Shown piece after piece: positions 57,609-64,000 of a DNA stretch of 64,000 bases. Every line of letters starts with the position of its first letter. The stretch's first letter is position 1. This DNA is from Verrucomicrobiota bacterium. GTDB lineage: Bacteria > Verrucomicrobiota > Verrucomicrobiia > Chthoniobacterales > JAFAMB01. The translations under genes were made by a program, and so were the position numbers. The stretch lies in contig JAFAQT010000427.1 in the NCBI GenBank assembly GCA_019246215.1, forward strand, positions 12,882-76,881, read 5' to 3'. The notes below the pieces were generated by a model, which worked only from the letters and a program-made list of their open reading frames with translations, ran no database searches and was not told the DNA's origin.

Positions 57609-59811
57609 CCGCGAATCACAAGTTCACCGTTGAGCAACGCTGCGGTAACGGCCCCGTCTTGATTAAGATAGAAGCATTTCGGACTTGAGGGACTGGTGAC
57701 GGAGTTTGCGATGACCTCTGGTTTTGTGCCATTCAACACCAGTATCGAAGGCGACAATTTGGCGATCATCAGGTCGCGAGGAAATCGCCTGCCCATTTGC
57801 CGGCCACAGTACACCACATCCGCGTGACCGCATTTCAACGCTGATAAGCTCATCTCTGTCACCTTGGGAAGGATCAATACCCGGAACTGGTCCAGGCGAA
57901 CAAGGATTGCCTCGACCGCAGGATCTCGCGCGATAGGCTCGCTACGAACAGGTCGTTCGGAAAGGAAAATTTCAACGAGAGCTGCCCTTCCGTCCGAGTC
58001 AACGGACGGATTGCATCGCTCTACCCTGAAACGCAGAATCTGGTCTGCCACCTGCCCTTGAGGCGACGGGACGATTTGGGCCACTTGAAATCCACCGTTC
58101 ACCTGTTCCAATAGCTGGATCTCGTGCGCGGGCGTGTCGCACAGAATCAGTTCCTCGAGGCGATTCACCCCTTGAGATTGGAGATACGGTTCGGTGATGC
58201 TGCGCCAGTGTGAGAGTTTACCAGTGTTGATGAGCCAATCATGGCCCTTGATGTGCAAATGGAGCACGTGGTCAGACCCCTCCGACAAAGCGGTGACTCG
58301 ATCAGGCTGGAGCAGAGAGGATGGCGCAACGTTGATAGAATGGCAGGGAACCAAGGTCGCGGTGTGAAGTACGAGCAGGATAAGTTTGGTAATCAGCCAA
58401 CTGGTGTTGTTAAGGCACACTGCTATCGATCTGGAGACAATTCCCGCAAGCAGCGCGGTGACCCCCAGAAGCATCACTGTGGTGGCCAGCGGCACTACAA
58501 GGAGATTCGCAAAAATCGAGATCAGCGAAAGATGATGATCTTGAAAAATCAGGATCGGGGCGGTCGCAGCCCAGCAGACGCTGGAAAGACTGAAGAGCTC
58601 ACAGGTTTGGAACATTGCCTTGTGCCAGTTTCGTTGCCAAGGGGACAGTAGCCGCATAGGAAAGAATGGATCAATCTGGAATGGACGATAGAGCATGTGT
58701 CCGAAGGGTCTGACGGCAGTGAGGATGGCGAAAACCGCAACAAACGAGAGTTGGAACCCGGTTTGGAACAACTCTTGCGTGTCGTGAATGAGGATTAATA
58801 GACCTGAGCCGCACAGCGAATTGACCGCTGCAACAGGGCGTTCAAGCGAAACCCCGACAGCCATGAACATCGCCATCACCGTGGCTCGGAGCGTGGCGGG
58901 ATAGAATCCGGTGAGGGCACAATAGGAGATTGCCACGGGAACGATCGCGAGAGCGACCGTTTGGCGAGGTAACCGGATGTAGCGCAAGCAACTCCAGGCC
59001 AGTCCCGTAAAAAGGCCAACTTGCAGACCGCTGGCCGCGAATAGATGAATGGTTCCGGTGTCACGGAAAAGTCTTTTCAGTGCCGGGTTCGTTTCTGCTC
59101 TGCCGCCAAGGATTATTCCCTGGATCACTTGCGTTACTTCCGTGTCGTCTTGCAGTCCTTCTTGCAAAGCCTGTAGGATTCGGTGCCGCCCAGCGAGGGC
59201 GATTGCCACCAACGGGTTCCCCTGATTGTGCGTGGCCACTATTGCCGGGACATCGCGATGGGTCCGAAAGCTCAGATAAATATTCTGGCGCTGGAGATAT
59301 GCCCCAAAGTCAAACTCTCCGGGATTCAGCGGATGGGTTGGAACAAAAAATTTGCCCTGCGCGATGATGCGGTCGCCGTAGCCAAAAGGTTCACCGCAGC
59401 ATTCGGCGGAAACGTGAAAGCACACAGCTCGATTGTCAATGCAGCTGACGAGCGCAACAAATCGTTGAATGGAACGGAGTTGATCGAGCTTTGGCTCGCT
59501 CAACACCAAGAGAGTGACGGTGTGTTCATTTGCATCAAACGGCTTTTCGTGGCTGCGCTGGTAACCGACATCAGTTGTCACCTGGTTCCCGTGCCAGAAT
59601 GCGAACATAAAGAACGTCAGCAGAGATGCAGATGGTGTGGAGGAGATTTTCCATACAACGGGCGCTGCGCAGAGAAAGGCAGCAGACCAGGCCGGCCACC
59701 ATTCCGGATGCTGGTCTGAGGCGAGAACGCCGAGCGACGCGGCGATAAAAAGCGCTGCAAACGGTGCTCGTTGGCGAAAAGGCAAGGAAGAAGAGGATGC
59801 AGTCTCCTGCA
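57566..59811 (-). CDS. comEC: ComEC/Rec2-family DNA internalisation channel protein
   Basis: Polytopic membrane core with the competence-domain block TGTIHLFAASGLQVGL. The C-terminal MBL-like domain has a degenerate metal motif. Start set at ATG 59811 (MQETASSS). The track start at 59857 would translate an AT-rich palindrome. Confidence 0.8.
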
Positions 59812-59816
59812 TGTTA

Positions 59817-59837
59817 GTAACATATAAATAATATGTT
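59817..59837. promoter_or_regulatory. AT-rich perfect inverted repeat immediately upstream of comEC (candidate operator or promoter element)
   Basis: TAACATAT-AAATA-ATATGTTA, within a ~45-nt AT-rich island in otherwise GC-rich DNA. On the minus strand TTGCAT lies just upstream. Confidence 0.35.
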
Positions 59838-60351
59838 ATTATGCAAGTTAATCCCAACGCGTTTTCATGGCGGGATCTAGATCAGACTGGCCAAACTTTC
59901 CTGCCTTTTGAGGCCCAAGCCTCTGGAAGGGACTAAATCATAGCTGCGATTTTAGCCAACCGCGCTAAGAAGACGATTCAGAAGGCTCTTTGCCCCGAAC
60001 GGGCTCCAAATTCCTTTGCCACCCTACACCACCTCCAATCCGGAGGACCGGCTGTTTTCACGAGGGGACATTGTCTAAGGTTTGCAAGTCACGCCCGATG
60101 ACAAAAAAAGCCGGATCTGGTGCCCCTTCAGGGCGCGTCGCGTTAAAACGCGTTACCCGGCTAAAGTCCGGCTTTAGCCGGCTAGAGTCTGGGTTAAATT
60201 CCGCAGCAACCACCCGCCCTGAAAGGCAGAAATCGTCCTCTAAGGGCGAGAGAAACACGCAGGCTACAATTAGTCCCCCAAGACCAACACAATAGGTGAA
60301 CACCCGACCTGCCGGAAGAAGCGCAACGCGTGCGATGCTCAGCTGACCTGG

Positions 60352-61119
60352 CTATAGCGGAACTCTCAGCCCGTCCTTGGCTATGAGAACGACCATCTCA
60401 GGCAATTGCTTTCTCGCTTCCTGGATGATGGAGGCTTCGTTGCCGAGTAGTTCCGGCGCTAAATGCGTGAGCAAAAGCTTTTGCACTCGGCGGGTGACGA
60501 GAAATCGAAAGAGTTCGGTTGGCGAAAAGTGCGCAAGTTCACTCACTAGAAGATCCACTGGGTTGGCCAGTGGAACTTCCAAATCGGTTGGAGTGCCCAG
60601 ATCTCCTGAAAATAGAATCCGAAAATCGGGATGCTCGATTTGCAGGCTGTACGCTTTGAACCTGTTATTGCCGAACTTTCTGGAAAGAGACTCCAAATGA
60701 GTTGTTTGATGCGGACAGATTTGAAGCCCGCACACTTCAAAAAAATGTTGTGTTTTCCACGCAATAAACTTTATCTCGAAGGGGATAAAGTTGGAGCTGA
60801 GATAGATAGCATCCAGCCATTGCTGCAACGGTGCAGACAACTCTTCCGGCAGAAAGATGGTGAGCGGCTCGACGCGTTGGGAAAGCCACAGAGTTTGGAT
60901 CAGCATTGGCAAACCGCCGGTGTGATCCGCGTGCCCATGGGTGAGCAGAACCGCATCGATTGCGTTCAACGCGGTTCCGGCTTCGATGAGTGAGCGAGTG
61001 CAGGGTTCTCCCACGTCGATCAGAAGGGATTTATCGGACGTTGAAAGCAGCACAGAGTAGTGTCCGCGACCGGGAACGGGAAATCCGCTGGCTGAACCGA
61101 CGACCAATATTTCCGTCAT
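60352..61119 (-). CDS. MBL-fold metallo-hydrolase (RNase Z/BN-like short form)
   Basis: LLIDVGEPC...AVLLTHGHADHTGGLP, and a later H near the C-terminus (LLLTHL). Confidence 0.75.
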   Translation of the reverse strand: MTEILVVGSASGFPVPGRGHYSVLLSTSDKSLLIDVGEPCTRSLIEAGTALNAIDAVLLTHGHADHTGGLPMLIQTLWLSQRVEPLTIFLPEELSAPLQQWLDAIYLSSNFIPFEIKFIAWKTQHFFEVCGLQICPHQTTHLESLSRKFGNNRFKAYSLQIEHPDFRILFSGDLGTPTDLEVPLANPVDLLVSELAHFSPTELFRFLVTRRVQKLLLTHLAPELLGNEASIIQEARKQLPEMVVLIAKDGLRVPL

Positions 61120-61340
61120 TTAGGAGGCAATATTCGAGCAAAGCTCGTGTTTCAACAACTTTGTCATCCCGCGCATTGGCCTAATCGTTCTCCGTTTCAG
61201 CAACGCCGTATTTCGGCGGCGGGGGTATACCGGTTGTGCCTCAGGCGGTAGTGCGGTGCTTTTTCCAAAACTGATAATTTTTGCTCTTTCGCATTGGAAA
61301 AGCTTGTCAGCTGTCGGATTCCCGCCTAAAAGCATCGTCC

Positions 61341-62000
61341 ATGCGCAAAAAGCTGTTCGTCGCGGCTGTAGCAGGAGTTCTCGCCGCGCTTGCACAAGCC
61401 GACCCCAACGCGGCACTGACCCGTCTAGCAGACGGTTTTGATTTTCCTGTTGGCAAACCAAATGCTGATGGTTACCGGATATCTCGCGGCTTTACTCCGC
61501 ACGGCCATTTGGGCGAGGATTGGGTCGGGCAGGGAGGGAGTGGCACCGATTTTCGTGACCCTGTGTACGTGATCGGGAACGGTGTGGTGACATTAGCCCG
61601 GGACTTTCGCCGGTCCTGGGGAAACGTGATCGTAGTTCGCCATGCTTTCATGGAGGGCGGTCAGGTAAAGTATGCTGATTCCTTGTACGGACACCTCGAT
61701 CGGGTTCTCGTACGAGAAGGGCAACAAGTGCTTCGCGGACAGCAGATCGGCACCATAGGAAACGCGCACGGCTTGTATGCACCCCATCTTCATTTCGAAG
61801 TCCATAAAAACCTCGCAATCGGCGTTGTTCATACGATGTTCGCTGGCGACCTGTCGAATTATTACGTTCCTTCGGAGTTCGTCAATTTGCATCGCACGCT
61901 GCAAGCCGGGAATCGCTTGACCACAGTGGCCATGAATAACTATGTGATGCCGACTTTTGCTGGTATCCCGGCGCTCCCGTCTATGAACCCCGGCCAGTGA
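61341..62000 (+). CDS. M23-family metallopeptidase (LytM-type), secreted
   Basis: Signal peptide MRKKLFVAAVAGVLAALAQA. HxxxD motif HLGEDW. HxH motif APHLHFEVH. Confidence 0.85.
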   Translation: MRKKLFVAAVAGVLAALAQADPNAALTRLADGFDFPVGKPNADGYRISRGFTPHGHLGEDWVGQGGSGTDFRDPVYVIGNGVVTLARDFRRSWGNVIVVRHAFMEGGQVKYADSLYGHLDRVLVREGQQVLRGQQIGTIGNAHGLYAPHLHFEVHKNLAIGVVHTMFAGDLSNYYVPSEFVNLHRTLQAGNRLTTVAMNNYVMPTFAGIPALPSMNPGQ

Positions 62001-62072
62001 TTCAATTCGACTGTGACTAAGCAAAGTCGTTCCATTGGAGCCACTCCAAAAGTACGTCCTAATTGCTGAACA

Positions 62073-63635
62073 TCAGGTGCGTCGCAGCTTGTATTCGTAG
62101 CTGTCAACGAGAGCCAGCCAGCTAGCCTCAATGATATTATCCGAGACCCCAACGGTGCACCAGTTGTCGTGATGATCGGTCGAATCGATCAAGACCCTGG
62201 TCCGCGCGCCTGTGCCTTGGCTGCTGCCGATAATACGCACCTTGTAATCGTCCAGGGTCACCTGCTCGATGCTTGGATATACGGGGATCAGAGCTTTTCG
62301 GAGCGCCGCATCCAGAGCATTGACCGGTCCGTCTCCTTCAGCAACCGTGTAGATGTCCTCATTCTTCAAGCGAAGCTTCACTGTCGCTTCACAGGTTTCA
62401 TAGTTGTTTCTGACTGAGCGAATGTAGGTGCAGTGATACTCCAGCAACTCCCAAAAAGGCTCTGTCGGGCCCAATACCCGGCGAATCAGCAGCTCAAAAG
62501 AAGCCTCGGCCGCTTCGAACTCGTAGCCCAGGTGTTCGAGTCGCTTCACCTCCTGCAGGATCGCCGTAACGTTCAGAGATCCCTTCTCGAGTTCGAATCC
62601 GAGTTCTCGGGTTTTTGCCAGGACGTTGCTCTGACCTGAAAGTTCAGAGACAACGATATGTTGCCGGTTCCCGACCGCCTGTGGCTCAATGTGCTCGTAA
62701 CTGCGAGCCACCTTTTGAACGGCATGTGCGTGCAGTCCTCCTTTGTGCGTGAACGCTGTGGTCCCGACATAGGGGGCGCGGATATTGTGCTGGCAATTAG
62801 CCAGCTCGTCGACAAACATCGACAGATCCCGAAGCCGGCCCAAGTCCGGCACGACTTTGTTCCCCAGTTTCAGTTGGAGATTCGGGATCACGCTTGTCAA
62901 ATTGCAGTTTCCTGTTCGTTCGCCGTATCCGTTTATCGTGCCTTGAACTTGAATTGCTCCCGCCCTGATCGCGGCCAAAGCGTTCGCCACCCCCAGTTCG
63001 CAATCATTATGTGTATGAATTCCGATCGGCGTTGATAGTGCACGAACGACTGAAGAGGTGAAGTCCGAAACCTCATAAACCATTGCCCCACCATTGGTAT
63101 CGCAAAGCACAATGACGTCGGCCCCACCTTCCACTGCGGCCTCGAGCGACCCCATGGCATGTCTGGAATCGTCCTTGTATCCATCAAAAAAATGTTCTGC
63201 GTCGAAGATGACCTCTCGTCCTCGGGATTTTAGGTAGGCCACCGACTCTCGAATCATCCGTCGATTTTCTTCGAGTGAAACCCCCAGTATCTGCTCAACA
63301 TGCAGGCGCCAGCTTTTTCCCACGACCGTCACTGCCGGAGTCTCGGCAGAGAGCAGAAGTGCGATCTGCGGGTCCGCGGACGGCCCGATCTTCGCTCTGC
63401 AGGTGCTCCCAAAGGCGCAAATCCTGGCGTTACGCCATTTTAAACGCTTTGCAGCGTCAAAAAATGCGATGTCCTTCGGATTGGATCCAGGCCACCCGCC
63501 TTCAATGTAATGAACTCCAAACACATCCAACTTTTCAGCGATTCGGACCTTATCGTGCACGCTGAAAGAAATGCCCTCGGCCTGCGTGCCATCGCGCAAG
63601 GTCGTATCATAGATCATGATCTGTTTTGGATACAT
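62073..63635 (-). CDS. cimA: (R)-citramalate synthase (LeuA/CimA family)
   Basis: IYDTTLRDGTQAEGISFSV.DK..IA..LD.FGV.YIEGGWPGSNPKD is the CimA-type N-terminus. HxH metal site GIHTHNDCELGVAN. C-terminal LeuA-dimer regulatory domain. Confidence 0.8.
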   Translation of the reverse strand: MYPKQIMIYDTTLRDGTQAEGISFSVHDKVRIAEKLDVFGVHYIEGGWPGSNPKDIAFFDAAKRLKWRNARICAFGSTCRAKIGPSADPQIALLLSAETPAVTVVGKSWRLHVEQILGVSLEENRRMIRESVAYLKSRGREVIFDAEHFFDGYKDDSRHAMGSLEAAVEGGADVIVLCDTNGGAMVYEVSDFTSSVVRALSTPIGIHTHNDCELGVANALAAIRAGAIQVQGTINGYGERTGNCNLTSVIPNLQLKLGNKVVPDLGRLRDLSMFVDELANCQHNIRAPYVGTTAFTHKGGLHAHAVQKVARSYEHIEPQAVGNRQHIVVSELSGQSNVLAKTRELGFELEKGSLNVTAILQEVKRLEHLGYEFEAAEASFELLIRRVLGPTEPFWELLEYHCTYIRSVRNNYETCEATVKLRLKNEDIYTVAEGDGPVNALDAALRKALIPVYPSIEQVTLDDYKVRIIGSSQGTGARTRVLIDSTDHHDNWCTVGVSDNIIEASWLALVDSYEYKLRRT

Positions 63636-63744
63636 ATAAGTAAGTCGGGACTGATTCGGTATCCCAGGCCAGGAGAGATTGCAAGAGCTTCATACTTGAT
63701 CCTTTTCACTGGGCGCCCGCTACGAAGCGGCGCCCGCTGAGCCA

Positions 63745-64000
63745 TCAGCGCCTGATGGTCACGAGCGTACCGACCTTTGCCGCCTCGAAAAATCGGATCG
63801 CCTTGGATTCCGGCATGCGGATGCATCCGTGCGACGCGGGATACCCTGGTAAATAGCCGGCATGAAGACCGACCGCGTTGTTTATCCGGAGGAAGTATGG
63901 CATTGGAGCGCCGACAAAGGTCGAATTGGGTGGGCGCGGGTCATTGCGGACATCGACGTTCTCCTGTACGATCATTCCGTCCCGCACATAGGCTCCGTAG
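63745..64000 (-). CDS. L,D-transpeptidase (YkuD domain), partial; N-terminal part lies beyond the right window edge
   Basis: Catalytic motif GLHAGYLPGYPASHGCIRM. The frame is open to base 64000 (YGAYVRDGMIV...). Confidence 0.8.
   Translation of the reverse strand, partial: YGAYVRDGMIVQENVDVRNDPRPPNSTFVGAPMPYFLRINNAVGLHAGYLPGYPASHGCIRMPESKAIRFFEAAKVGTLVTIRR

Noticed and set aside
59858-60351. Possible tmRNA (ssrA) or SRP RNA in the comEC-upstream gap
   Set aside because: I could not find a tRNA-like 3' end (T-arm plus an acceptor ending in CCA) or a GGGG...acceptor 5' end on either strand. The CCGGAAG motif at about 60311-60317 does not sit in a helix-8-like context (no UCC-GGAA-GGA pairing). 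It is kept only as an unclassified structured region.
62035-62049. A short hairpin (TTGGAG-CCA-CTCCAA) between the convergent M23 peptidase and cimA genes, considered as a bidirectional terminator
   Set aside because: The stem is only 6 bp with a 3-nt loop and has no flanking U or A tract. The evidence is too weak to call.

Overview
The window is housekeeping chromosome from a moderately GC-rich bacterium. I saw no mobile elements, CRISPR arrays, tRNA genes or rRNA genes. Layout: gyrB-gyrA (minus strand; gyrA runs off the left edge); a tandem bactofilin pair; cysK; an RNase P RNA gene; then a long str/S10/spc/alpha ribosomal-protein cluster (10.6-27.8 kb, rpsL to rpsD). That cluster lacks tuf, rpsN, rpmD, rpoA and rplQ, and its adk slot holds a multi-frameshift adk relic. 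The right half holds metabolic and envelope genes: hemB, coaX, hldD, gpsA-plsY, larB, dxs-xseB, tolB-pal, glgE, trmB, comEC and cimA. Four features are missing from the ORF track and were found by reading the sequence: partial gyrA, rpmJ, rnpB and the adk pseudogene. I found no clear-cut novel multi-gene system such as a defence island. The most unusual items are: (1) the decayed adk; (2) a tolB-pal / ECF sigma / anti-sigma string ending in an HtrA-PDZ protein with all three triad positions substituted, where the anti-sigma candidate ends in an aromatic ...SFSF C-terminus; (3) a bactofilin fused to two zinc ribbons; (4) SecY with an extra C-terminal hydrophobic helix; (5) two structured non-coding regions (46.2-46.7 kb and 59.9-60.35 kb) and a short palindromic repeat shared by two intergenic regions; (6) a start/stop-overlapped four-gene string joining a sugar kinase/nucleotidyltransferase pair, glgE and an ankyrin lipoprotein. 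The r-protein gene content and the long low-complexity r-protein extensions suggest a PVC-type lineage (Verrucomicrobiota-like). That is inference only. All homology calls rest on motifs recognised by eye; no searches were run.
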